From Deinococcus radiodurans R1 = ATCC 13939 = DSM 20539 (GTDB lineage Bacteria > Deinococcota > Deinococci > Deinococcales > Deinococcaceae): a DNA stretch of 32,000 nt. The notes under the pieces were generated by a model. That model was not told where the DNA came from and did no database searches. It worked only from the letters and a program-made list of their open reading frames with translations. Positions 20,408-29,794 of the stretch are shown here, in pieces; within the stretch, counting starts at the first letter, position 1; each line of letters begins with the position of its first letter. The DNA is taken from NCBI RefSeq assembly GCF_000008565.1, contig NC_001263.1, positions 1,580,648 through 1,612,647 on the forward strand, given 5' to 3'. Made by a program: the position numbers and the translations under genes.

Positions 20408-20450
20408 GCCGGGTCCGGATTGCACAGCGCCGCCTGACCCGGCCTTTTTT
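20408..20450 (+). terminator. Intrinsic terminator after the aminotransferase gene
   Basis: GCCGGGTC (20408-20415) pairs with GACCCGGC (20436-20443) across a 20-nt loop. C plus TTTTTT (20445-20450) follows. Confidence 0.6.
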
Positions 20451-20501
20451 GTCGGCAAACATGCGAGCTCTCAGCAGTCCAACCGCGAGCATCCGGCCAA
20501 G

Positions 20502-20530
20502 TTGCTAGAATGCTAGCAAGCTAGTATCTT
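20502..20530 (+). promoter_or_regulatory. Promoter with an embedded palindromic operator for the RHH-VOC operon
   Basis: TTGCTA (20502-20507) is followed by a 17-nt spacer and TATCTT (20525-20530), and ATG 20536 lies 5 nt further on. The inverted repeat TTGCTAG (20502-20508) / CTAGCAA (20513-20519) overlaps the -35 and spacer, and a third GCTAG follows at 20520-20524. Confidence 0.5.
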
Positions 20531-20535
20531 CAAGC

Positions 20536-20712
20536 ATGTCCGATGAAGACAAACGGCAGTTCAACATCTACCTCCCGGCGGACCTCATTCGGGAGGTCAA
20601 AATCGCCAGCATCGACGCCCGGCTGAGTCTCAGCGCGTATGTGGAGGCGGCGCTGCGCCAGCATCTGCAAGCCCAGACCACCAAGCAAAAAGGCGAGGAG
20701 GCCGGGTCGTGA
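20536..20712 (+). CDS. Ribbon-helix-helix (CopG/Arc/MetJ-type) DNA-binding protein, 58 aa
   Basis: It is below the ORF-track size cut-off. My translation is [58 protein letters not shown]. It shows the beta-strand (FNIYLP), helix (LIREVKIAS) and helix ([13 protein letters not shown]) layout. The stop overlaps the next start as GTGA. Confidence 0.7.
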   Translation: MSDEDKRQFNIYLPADLIREVKIASIDARLSLSAYVEAALRQHLQAQTTKQKGEEAGS

Positions 20713-21077
20713 GGCCGTACATCCTGCTCTACGTCACCGACGTGGCCCGCTCGCAGGCGTGGTACGAGCGTCTGGGCTTTGCCCCCCACCGCCAGGGACG
20801 GCACGGCACCTGGGCCGAACTGCTCTGGACGGGCAGCGAAGGCGAGGGCTTTTTGCTCTACCTACACGGCAACCCCGAGGCGCGGCCTGCCGGATTCGCC
20901 CTGCCCGGTTTCGAGGTGACTGGCCCGCTGGAAGACGTGGCGGCCCGCCTCGCCCCGCTGAGTTGCGGGGAAACGCCGGCCATCGTGGACGAGGGCTTCG
21001 GGCGCACGCTGAACCTGCGCGACCCCGACGGGTACGAGTGGCAACTGGTGGAGCACGAGCCGGAGCTGTACGTCTGA
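20709..21077 (+). CDS. VOC-family (glyoxalase / bleomycin-resistance / dioxygenase fold) protein
   Basis: ORF track, 122 aa with a GTG start. [24 protein letters not shown] and [17 protein letters not shown] are the typical first and last beta-alpha-beta-beta-beta modules of single-domain VOC proteins. Confidence 0.8.
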   Translation: MRPYILLYVTDVARSQAWYERLGFAPHRQGRHGTWAELLWTGSEGEGFLLYLHGNPEARPAGFALPGFEVTGPLEDVAARLAPLSCGETPAIVDEGFGRTLNLRDPDGYEWQLVEHEPELYV

Positions 21078-21156
21078 GAGGCTTTGTCGTGTACCGCCCC
21101 AGTCAGCCACTTGGCGGATTTCTCCCCCGTCCCTTTCCCCTACCCTTGGAGTCATC

Positions 21157-22197
21157 ATGACCACATCCACGCCGGGCGCCGCCGTCCACGTCCGCGACCT
21201 GAAAAAGCAGTACGCCGTTCACGAGAAAGACCCCGGACTGGCCGGCAGCCTGCGCGCCTTCGTGAGCCGCAAGACGCGGCTGGTGGACGCCGTGAAAAGT
21301 GTCTCCTTCGACCTCGCGCCCGGTGAGGTGGTGGGCTTTCTGGGGCCGAACGGGGCGGGCAAAACGACCACCCTCAAGATGCTCTCGGGCCTGCTGCACC
21401 CTTCGGGCGGGAGCGTGGAGGTGCTGGGCTTCGAGCCGCGCCGCCGCCAGCGCGAGTATCTGCGGCAGATGACGCTGGTGATGGGGCAAAAGCAGCAACT
21501 GATCTGGGACCTGCCCGCGCTGGACAGTTTTTTGGTCAACCAGGCCATCTACGAGATTCCCGACGCCCAGTACCACGCCACCATGCGCGAATTTACCGAG
21601 GTGCTGGGGCTGGAAGGCATCCTGAAAAAGCAGGTGCGCAAGCTGAGTCTGGGCGAGCGGATGAAATGCGAACTGGCCGCCGCGCTGCTGCACCGGCCCA
21701 AGATTCTGTTTCTGGACGAGCCGACCATCGGCCTGGACGTGAACATGCAGGAGGCGGTGCGCGAATTCGTGCGCGAGTACAACCGCAAGGAGCAGGCGAC
21801 GGTGATGCTCACGAGTCACTACATGGCCGACGTGACCGCACTTGCCCGGCGGATTCTGGTGATTGACGCCGGGCAACTGGTGTTCGACGGCGATCTGGCG
21901 AGCCTGGCCGAGCAGGGGTCGGGCGGCAAGACCATCCGGCTGCAACTGCGCCGCCCCGTGAGTGCCGAGCAACTGGCTACTTACGGCGACGTGAGCCGCA
22001 GCGACGGCCTGAGCGCCGAGCTGACGGTGCCGCGCCGTGAGGTGAGTGCACGGGCTGCAAGGCTGCTGAACGAGCTGGACGTGGCCGACCTGACGGTGGA
22101 AGACCCGTCTATCGAGGCGGTGATGGCCGAACTGTTCGGCCACAGTAAGGAAACGCAGCACAGGGAGACACAGAAAGAGGCGGTCAGCCATGACTAA
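21157..22197 (+). CDS. ABC transporter ATP-binding protein (ABC-2 subfamily, COG4586-like)
   Basis: ORF track, 346 aa. It has Walker A GPNGAGKTT, signature LSLGERMKCELAAAL and Walker B ILFLDEPTIGLD, plus a C-terminal extension of about 100 aa. Confidence 0.9.
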   Translation: MTTSTPGAAVHVRDLKKQYAVHEKDPGLAGSLRAFVSRKTRLVDAVKSVSFDLAPGEVVGFLGPNGAGKTTTLKMLSGLLHPSGGSVEVLGFEPRRRQREYLRQMTLVMGQKQQLIWDLPALDSFLVNQAIYEIPDAQYHATMREFTEVLGLEGILKKQVRKLSLGERMKCELAAALLHRPKILFLDEPTIGLDVNMQEAVREFVREYNRKEQATVMLTSHYMADVTALARRILVIDAGQLVFDGDLASLAEQGSGGKTIRLQLRRPVSAEQLATYGDVSRSDGLSAELTVPRREVSARAARLLNELDVADLTVEDPSIEAVMAELFGHSKETQHRETQKEAVSHD

Positions 22198-22993
22198 CTT
22201 CTGGCGCAAGGTGCGGGTGCTGTGGGCCGTCAGCCTGGCCTCCACCCTGGAATACCGCGCCGAGACGATTATCTGGATGCTGTCGGGCACGCTGAATCTG
22301 GTGATGATGCTGGTCTGGATGACGCAGGCCAAGAGTGCCCCCGGCGGGCAGATCAACGGCTACACGCCGCAGGCCTTCGCGGGGTATTTCCTGGCGACCT
22401 GGCTGGTGTCGCAACTGCTGGTGGTCTGGGTGGGCTGGGAACTGGACTACAAGATTCGGCAGGGCACGCTCTCGCCCGAGCTGCTGCACCCGATCGACCC
22501 GCTGTGGCGCGAATTTGCCGCTCACCTCACCGACAAGGCGTTCCGCTTGCCCATCATGCTGGTGCTGCTGCTGATTTTCGCGGCGCTGACCGGGGCGCAG
22601 TTCACGTCGCAGTGGTGGGCGTACCCGGCGGTGCTGGGACTGGCGCTGCTGGGGCTGTGCGTGCGGTTTTTGTGGGAGTACACGCTGGGGCTGCTGGCCT
22701 TCTGGACCGAGAGCAGCAGCAGCTTCGGCGAGGTGCTGTGGCTGTTTTACGCGGCGTTTGGCGGCATGTTCGCGCCGCTGAGTTTCTATCCGGGCTGGCT
22801 GCAAACGCTGGCCGCGTGGACGCCTTTTCCCTACATGCTGGGCCTGCCGGCGGCGCTGCTGGCGGGCAAGGCAAGCGGGGCGGAGGCGCTGCGCGGCGCG
22901 GGCGTGCTGCTGGGCTGGTTGGCGGTGATGTGGCTGGTCAGGCGCTGGGTGTGGGGGCGCGGACTGGCGAAATACGGGGCGGTGGGCGCGTGA
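22190..22993 (+). CDS. ABC-2-type transporter permease (COG4587-like)
   Basis: ORF track, 267 aa with about six hydrophobic segments. ATG 22190 overlaps the ATPase gene by 8 nt. Confidence 0.8.
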   Translation: MTNFWRKVRVLWAVSLASTLEYRAETIIWMLSGTLNLVMMLVWMTQAKSAPGGQINGYTPQAFAGYFLATWLVSQLLVVWVGWELDYKIRQGTLSPELLHPIDPLWREFAAHLTDKAFRLPIMLVLLLIFAALTGAQFTSQWWAYPAVLGLALLGLCVRFLWEYTLGLLAFWTESSSSFGEVLWLFYAAFGGMFAPLSFYPGWLQTLAAWTPFPYMLGLPAALLAGKASGAEALRGAGVLLGWLAVMWLVRRWVWGRGLAKYGAVGA

Positions 22994-23778
22994 GGCGCTA
23001 CCTGCGGCTGCTGCGGGTGTTCGTGTCGGCCACCGTCGCGGCGCAACTGGAATACCGGGCCAACTTTCTGGGCGCGGTGCTGGCGAGTCTGGGTGAGGCG
23101 GCCACCGCCCTGCTGGGGCTGTCGGTGCTGTTTCTGCAACCGGGGACGACCTCGGTGGGCGGCTGGAGCTTCCGCGAGGCGCTGCTGGTCACCGGCTTTT
23201 TCCTGCTGACCGAGGGCTTTATCAGCGTGTTTATTCAGCCCAACATGTCGCGTATCGCCGAGAACATCCGCACCGGCAACATGGATTTCACGCTGCTCAA
23301 GCCGATTGACGCGCAGTTCAATGTCTCGGCGCGCAACCTCAACGTGCTGCGCTTTCCCGACCTGCTGATTGGCGCCGGGCTGCTGGTCTACGCGGCGGCG
23401 GGCCTGCCCGTCACGCCAGGCGGAGTGCTGGCGGCGGCGGGGCTGTACCTCTCGGGGCTGGTCATCGTGTACTGCATCTGGCTGGCGCTGAGTACCACGG
23501 CCTTCTGGTTCGTGAAAACGCAAAATGCCACCGAACTGTTCAACGGCGTGTTCGGCGCAGCGCGCTTTCCGGCCACTTCGTTTCCGCTGCCGGTGCGCTT
23601 CTTTCTGACCTTCATCATTCCGGTCACGCTGATTACCACAGTGCCCGCGCAGGCCGTGACCGGGCGGCTGACGCCTACGCTGGCGCTGCTTTCGCCGCTG
23701 ATTGCGCTGGCGCTGTTCGTCGCCACGCGGCTGTTCTGGCAAAAGGCGGTGGCGAGTTACACCAGCGCGAGCAGTTGA
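22990..23778 (+). CDS. ABC-2-type transporter permease (COG3694-like), second membrane subunit
   Basis: This is the in-frame tail of ORF 22222..23778. GTG 22990 overlaps the previous stop as GTGA. The product begins (M)RRYLRLLRVFVSATVAAQLEYRANFLGAVLAS, a paralogue of the N-terminus of the preceding permease (LEYRAE). Confidence 0.8.
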   Translation: MRRYLRLLRVFVSATVAAQLEYRANFLGAVLASLGEAATALLGLSVLFLQPGTTSVGGWSFREALLVTGFFLLTEGFISVFIQPNMSRIAENIRTGNMDFTLLKPIDAQFNVSARNLNVLRFPDLLIGAGLLVYAAAGLPVTPGGVLAAAGLYLSGLVIVYCIWLALSTTAFWFVKTQNATELFNGVFGAARFPATSFPLPVRFFLTFIIPVTLITTVPAQAVTGRLTPTLALLSPLIALALFVATRLFWQKAVASYTSASS

Positions 23779-24233
23779 TGTTTCGGCGCCGGGCCGTGGC
23801 TGCCCCTTTGCCCCTACTCGCCGAGCTGCGCGACGTGGACTCGCCCTCGGCGGCGGCGCGGGTGGGGGCCGAATTCGGGGGCGAGCCGCACTTCGCCAAG
23901 GATTTGCAGCGGGTCAGGCCGTGGCTGCCGCCGGAGCTGACCGGAGCGGCGCTGCTGGACGCCATTCGGCGGGAGGAGTGGACCGGGTTTCTTGCGCTGC
24001 TGGCGGAAGATGGGCCGTGGGTGTACGTGCAGAACGTCCGGGAAGTGCAGGTGCTGTCGCGGCTTTACAGCCGGTTGGCGAGGGCGGCGGGGCAGGGGCC
24101 GGGCGCTCGTGGCGAGGGCTTGGGGGTTAAGGCTTCGGCGGAGTTGTCTGCGTTGGAGGCGGAGTTTTGGGAGGTGACGGCGGTGTTTGCGGCAGAGCAG
24201 CGGGGGCGGTGGGCTGCTCAGCGGCGGGGGTAG
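23778..24233 (+). CDS. Hypothetical protein, 151 aa, translationally coupled to the ABC-2 permease
   Basis: ORF track 23775..24233. ATG 23778 overlaps the permease stop (TGATG). It looks soluble and Ala/Glu/Arg-rich, and I recognise no family. Confidence 0.5.
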   Translation: MFRRRAVAAPLPLLAELRDVDSPSAAARVGAEFGGEPHFAKDLQRVRPWLPPELTGAALLDAIRREEWTGFLALLAEDGPWVYVQNVREVQVLSRLYSRLARAAGQGPGARGEGLGVKASAELSALEAEFWEVTAVFAAEQRGRWAAQRRG

Positions 24234-24236
24234 GTG

Positions 24237-24471
24237 TTGAGGCTTTTGCTTTAGCTTGATGCCCCAACCCCAAACCCCTATCCCCAATGGGGACAGGGGC
24301 TTCGACGCTGGCGCTGTGCAAAGGGCAGTGATTTCGTTTGGCGTACGGTGTTCTGCTATTGCATGGGCTGGTGTGGATGCTCATGATTTCGACGGACGCG
24401 AGGCCCGTGCGCTAACGCGCCCGACGGCCCTGGCGTTCTGCGTTTTACGATTTGTTGTGGGGCAACGCAGA
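24237..24471 (+). repeat. Small non-coding repeat, copy A (Deinococcus SNR/SRE-type, MITE-like)
   Basis: It aligns along its whole length with 26137-26372 in the same orientation: TTGAGG...GCTT(G/T)ATGCCCCAACCCCAAACCCCT...TGGGGACAGGGG...GGCGCTGTGCAAA...TTGCATGGGC...GCCCGACGGCCCTGGCGTTCTGCGTT...AACGC(A/G)GA. The internal hairpin is degenerate in this copy. The terminal 8-bp inverted repeat is TCTGCGTT/AACGCAGA. Confidence 0.8.
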
Positions 24472-24502
24472 AAAAAGACGTGGCTCAAGCATTTTCTATC
24501 TT

Positions 24503-25239
<737 letters not shown>

Positions 25240-25243
<4 letters not shown>

Positions 25244-26112
25244 GTCGTGGTCAACTCGATTCTGGGGCTAGGAGGATCAGGAAGGGACGCGCCGTCTGCT
25301 CCGCCGGGCCGCAATGTCATGAGCAGGGCGCGCAGATGCGCCGGGTCGCTGGTCGTGAGGTAAGAGACTTCGCCCGTCCGGTCGCCGCCGCGCAGCAGGC
25401 CGCCGCGAGACAGCACGTTGCGGGTGTGCCGGGCCACCGCTGCGCCGCTGTCCACCAGGGCGAACGTGTCGCCGAACTCGGCGCGGATGCTGCCCGCCAG
25501 GAAGGGATAGTGGGTGCAACCGAGCACCAGTTGGTCGGCCCCCGCCTCGGCAAGCGGCTCAAGCACGTCGCGCAACACGACGCGGGCCTCGGGGCTGTCG
25601 GCTTTGCCGGCCTCCACCAGGGGCACCAGCTCGGTGCTCACCGCCTGCATCACCCGCACGCCCGCTGGCTCGGCCCACTGCCGAATCACGTCCGCGAGCA
25701 GCGTGCCGCGCAGGGTGCCGGGGGTCGCCAGCACGCCCACCACACCGCTTTTCGTGGCGGCCACCGCCGGTTTGACGGCGGGAACCAACCCGATAATCGG
25801 CAGCTCAAAACGCTCACGCAAGTGGGTCAGGCTGAAGGCGGACGCCGTGTTGCACGCCACCACCACCGCCTTGACCCCCCGGCGCACCAGCTCGGCCACG
25901 GCGCGGGCGGTCAGGTCGCGGATGTCCTCGTCGCTGCGGGCACCGTAGGGCACATGGGCAGTATCGGCGAGGTACAGCACGTCTTCTTGCGGCAGCGCCC
26001 TTTGCAGTTCGGCCAGCACGCTCAGTCCGCCCGCCCCGCTGTCGAAGACACCGATGGGGAGGGCGGAGCGGGGCGCGGGGTCGGAAGCGGCGGCGAAGCT
26101 CACGGGGGGCAT
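25240..26112 (-). CDS. murI: Glutamate racemase
   Basis: ORF track 25240..26349, trimmed because the extension reads through repeat copy B. It has IGVFDSGAGGLSV plus the two catalytic-Cys motifs VVACNTASA and LVLGCTHYPFL. The start is ATG 26112, or GTG 26103 if TATCAT (26116-26111) acts as a -10 for a leaderless transcript. Confidence 0.9.
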
Positions 26113-26136
26113 GATAGCGGGCGGGCCGGTGGGTTT

Positions 26137-26372
26137 TTGAGGGGCTTGGGCTTCAGCTTTATGCCCCAACCCCAAACCCCTGTCCCCCCTGGGGACAGGG
26201 GTTTGGGGTTGGCGCTGTGCAAATGGCGGCGATGTCACTGGTTTTGTCGGGTTTCTCGGTTGCATGGGCGGTCTGGACGGCTGGATTTTCCAAGTCGTGT
26301 CAGGCCCGTGGCCTTCAGCGCCCGACGGCCCTGGCGTTCTGCGTTGCACAATTTTTCGCGGGATAACGCGGA
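26137..26372 (+). repeat. Small non-coding repeat, copy B, carrying a perfect 22-bp hairpin
   Basis: It is homologous to 24237-24471. CCAACCCCAAACCCCTGTCCCC (26166-26187) pairs perfectly with GGGGACAGGGGTTTGGGGTTGG (26191-26212) across a 3-nt loop. Confidence 0.85.
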
Positions 26373-26400
26373 GAGAGGCTAAAGCTCAGGCGTCTTTTGA

Positions 26401-26439
26401 CCCTCTCCCCTTGCGGGAGAGGGCCTGCCGAAGGCAGGG
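26401..26439. repeat. Two adjacent short hairpins (REP-like module)
   Basis: The first hairpin is CCCTCTCCC-CTTGC-GGGAGAGGG (26401-26423). It is immediately followed by CCTGCC-GAAG-GGCAGG (26424-26439). Confidence 0.6.
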
Positions 26440-26486
26440 GTGACTCGTAGAGCTGCTTGCAGAGGGGGCCTCCACACCCACCACCT

Positions 26487-26509
26487 CCCCCTACCCCTCC
26501 CCTCCCCCC
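26487..26509 (-). other. Canonical G-quadruplex motif on the coding (minus) strand, spanning a stop codon
   Basis: The plus strand reads C5-TA-C4-T-C4-T-C6 (26487-26509). The minus strand therefore reads G6-A-G4-A-G4-TA-G5, four G-tracts of at least 4 with 1-2 nt loops. Confidence 0.7.
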
Positions 26510-26786
26510 GCCGACTGCCGGTCCAGACTCTCCACCGCCTGCACCGCGACGGCTGCCACCTGAATCAACTCCTCGCGGTAGTCGGCCCAGGTGCGGGGAC
26601 CGCGCGCGGCGGCCTGTTTGTCGAAGGCGGGGAACAGCTTCTCAAAGGCGGCCTGATTCGCTTCGCCCACTTCCTCGGCCAGCACCATCAGCCACACGGC
26701 GGGGTCGTGGTTCTGCTCGCCCCACTTGGCGTGCTGGCGCTCACGCTCCTGCGCGACTTCGGCGAGCACGCCGGCGGTGCGGGCGG

Positions 26787-26790
<4 letters not shown>
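26491..26790 (-). CDS. Small MazG-like / NTP-pyrophosphohydrolase-fold protein (all-alpha), 99 aa
   Basis: ORF track, with a TTG start overlapping the upstream stop as TTGA. VAQERERQHAKWGEQNHD...WLMVLAEEVGEANQA resembles the EExxE-type helix pair of MazG-like or dimeric-dUTPase-like proteins, which are often phage-associated. Confidence 0.55.
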
Positions 26791-28040
<1,250 letters not shown>

Positions 28041-28152
28041 GCACCGCATGTTAAGCGCGGCGCCCGGCTTTCCCCACTTGTCCCGCTCCGGTTGACAGGA
28101 CAGCGCCCCCGGCGAGCAGGTAAAGTGGGGCCGTTACAAAAGGAGGCACCCT

Positions 28153-29070
28153 ATGCTCGTTACCGGTAAAGACATTCTGGTTCCCGCCCGCGCAGGCAAA
28201 TACGCGGTCGGTGCGTTCAACACCAACAACATGGAAATCACCCAGGCCATCATCCACACGGCGGAAAAACTGCGCTCGCCCGTCATCGTGCAGATGAGTG
28301 AAGGGGCCATCAAGTATGGCGGCCAGGACCTCGCCAACATCGTGATCGACCTCGCGACCCGCGCCACCGTGCCCGTCGCGCTGCACCTCGACCACGGCTC
28401 CTCCTACGAGTCGGCACTCAACGCCATCAAGATGGGCTTTACCTCGGTGATGATCGACGCCTCGCACCACCCCTTCGAGGAGAACGTCCACGAAACCAAG
28501 CGCGTGGTCGAAGCCGCGCACGCCATGGGCATCAGCGTGGAAGCCGAACTCGGGCGCCTCGGCGGCATCGAGGAGCACGTCGTCGTGGACGAGAAGGACG
28601 CCTTCCTGACCGACCCCGACGAAGCCGTCAAGTTCGTCGAGGAGACCGGCACCGATTACCTCGCCATCGCCATCGGCACCAGCCACGGCGCGTACAAGGG
28701 TAAGGGCCGCCCGTTTATCGACCAGGCGCGCATCAAGAAGATCGGCGAGCTGCTCAGCATTCCGCTCGTCGCGCACGGCTCCAGCGGCGTTCCGGCGGAA
28801 ATCGTGCAGCGTCTGCGCGCAGCGGGCGGTGAAATCGGCGACGCAGCGGGCATTGCCGACGAGGACCTGACCGAAGCCGCGCAGTACGGCATCGCCAAGG
28901 TGAACGTGGACACCGACCTGCGCCTCGCCAGCACCGTGGGCATTCGCGAAGTCCTCAAGGCCACCCCCAAGGAATTCGACCCCCGCAAGATTTTCGGCCC
29001 GGCCCGCGACGTGATGAGCCAGATTGTCGAGCACAAGATGGGCGTGCTCGGCAGCGTCGGCAAAGCCTAA
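28153..29070 (+). CDS. fba: Fructose-bisphosphate aldolase, class II
   Basis: ORF track, 305 aa. It has GAFNTNNMEITQAI, VALHLDHG, GTSHGAYKG and LVAHGSSGVP. AAGGAGG lies at 28139-28145. Confidence 0.96.
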   Translation: MLVTGKDILVPARAGKYAVGAFNTNNMEITQAIIHTAEKLRSPVIVQMSEGAIKYGGQDLANIVIDLATRATVPVALHLDHGSSYESALNAIKMGFTSVMIDASHHPFEENVHETKRVVEAAHAMGISVEAELGRLGGIEEHVVVDEKDAFLTDPDEAVKFVEETGTDYLAIAIGTSHGAYKGKGRPFIDQARIKKIGELLSIPLVAHGSSGVPAEIVQRLRAAGGEIGDAAGIADEDLTEAAQYGIAKVNVDTDLRLASTVGIREVLKATPKEFDPRKIFGPARDVMSQIVEHKMGVLGSVGKA

Positions 29071-29083
29071 GACGCCGCGTGAG

Positions 29084-29125
29084 AAGGGAGGGGGCCGGTC
29101 GCGCCCCTTCCCTTTTTCCTTTTCT
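29084..29125 (+). terminator. Intrinsic terminator after fba
   Basis: AAGGGAGGGG (29084-29093) pairs with CCCCTTCCCTT (29104-29114) with one bulged T. TTTCCTTTTCT follows. Confidence 0.7.
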
Positions 29126-29163
29126 CTCCTGCCTCTACTTCCCGCCCGCCTATACTTGCCCTA

Positions 29164-29715
29164 ATGTCGGAAGAAATCGTCGTCAAACAGTCCATGCCCA
29201 TGCGGGCCCGGCCCGAGGTGCTCTACCGGCTGGCGCTCGAACCCCGGCGGCGGGCCGGCTGGGACTCCAATCTCGTCAGCGCCGCCTACGCCGGGGAACC
29301 GCAGCGGCTCGCGCAAAACGCGCTGGTCGATTTCAAGTTCGTGCGGCGGTTGCTCGGCCTCAAGTTTCAGGCGCGCTACGGCCAGCTCATCCCCTCGCAG
29401 CGTGGCGGCTGGGAAGCGGTGCGGCCCTTCGGCCCCCTGGAAAAGTTCTCGCAGCAGTGGAACTTCAAGCCGATGCCCGGCGGCACCGAGGTCACGCTGA
29501 CAGTGAAGGGCACCGTGCGCTACAAGTGGATTCGCACCCAGATCGAGCGCGTCTTGCAGAACATGGCCGTCACTGCCCTGATGGACCTGCAACGTCAGGT
29601 GGACGCCCCCACCGCGCAACTCGTGGAAGACATGGGCCGCGAGATGGCCGAAAAGCAAAAAGCCGAGCAGAAGGCGGCCAAGAACGCTGCAAAAGCGTCA
29701 AAGCGCAAAAAGTAA
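29164..29715 (+). CDS. SRPBCC-superfamily (START/polyketide-cyclase-like) protein with a Lys-rich C-terminal tail
   Basis: ORF track, 183 aa. The size and alternating beta pattern fit SRPBCC (VDFKFV...LKFQARYGQL...WNFKPMPGGTEVTLTVKGTV), with a C-terminal long helix and then EKQKAEQKAAKNAAKASKRKK. TATACT (29151-29156) lies 7 nt before the ATG. Confidence 0.6.
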   Translation: MSEEIVVKQSMPMRARPEVLYRLALEPRRRAGWDSNLVSAAYAGEPQRLAQNALVDFKFVRRLLGLKFQARYGQLIPSQRGGWEAVRPFGPLEKFSQQWNFKPMPGGTEVTLTVKGTVRYKWIRTQIERVLQNMAVTALMDLQRQVDAPTAQLVEDMGREMAEKQKAEQKAAKNAAKASKRKK

Positions 29716-29746
29716 GCGTCAGCTAGATCAGCTCCAGGCAAGGAGA

Positions 29747-29785
29747 GCGCCCCTGAGTCGAGGTGACCAGGGGCGCCTTTTGTTG
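29747..29785. terminator. Terminator hairpin between convergent genes
   Basis: GCGCCCCTG (29747-29755) pairs with CAGGGGCGC (29768-29776) across a 12-nt loop. CTTTTGTTG follows on the plus strand. Confidence 0.65.
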
Positions 29786-29794
29786 CTCAGTCGC

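Noticed and set aside
21103-23742. Minus-strand ORFs 21103..22356, 22184..22804 and 22831..23742 across the ABC-2 module
   Set aside because: They are Arg/Gln/His/Pro-rich antisense frames. The plus strand carries Walker/signature motifs and coherent multi-TM permeases with coupled junctions.
24255-24261. TTGATGC inside SNR copy A is identical to the TTGAT|GC junction of the IS at 30953-30959. This suggested that the SNR could be a hairpin element mobilised by the ISDra2 transposase.
   Set aside because: Copy B has TTTATGC at the same position, and repeat homology continues about 20 nt upstream of it, so TTGAT is internal rather than a boundary. The SNR hairpin sequence is also unrelated to the IS left-end palindrome.
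28092-28126. A perfect TTGACA (28092-28097) upstream of fba, paired with TAAAGT (28121-28126)
   Set aside because: The spacer is 23 nt, too long for a standard sigma-70 promoter. I could not define the fba promoter with confidence, so only the SD is reported.
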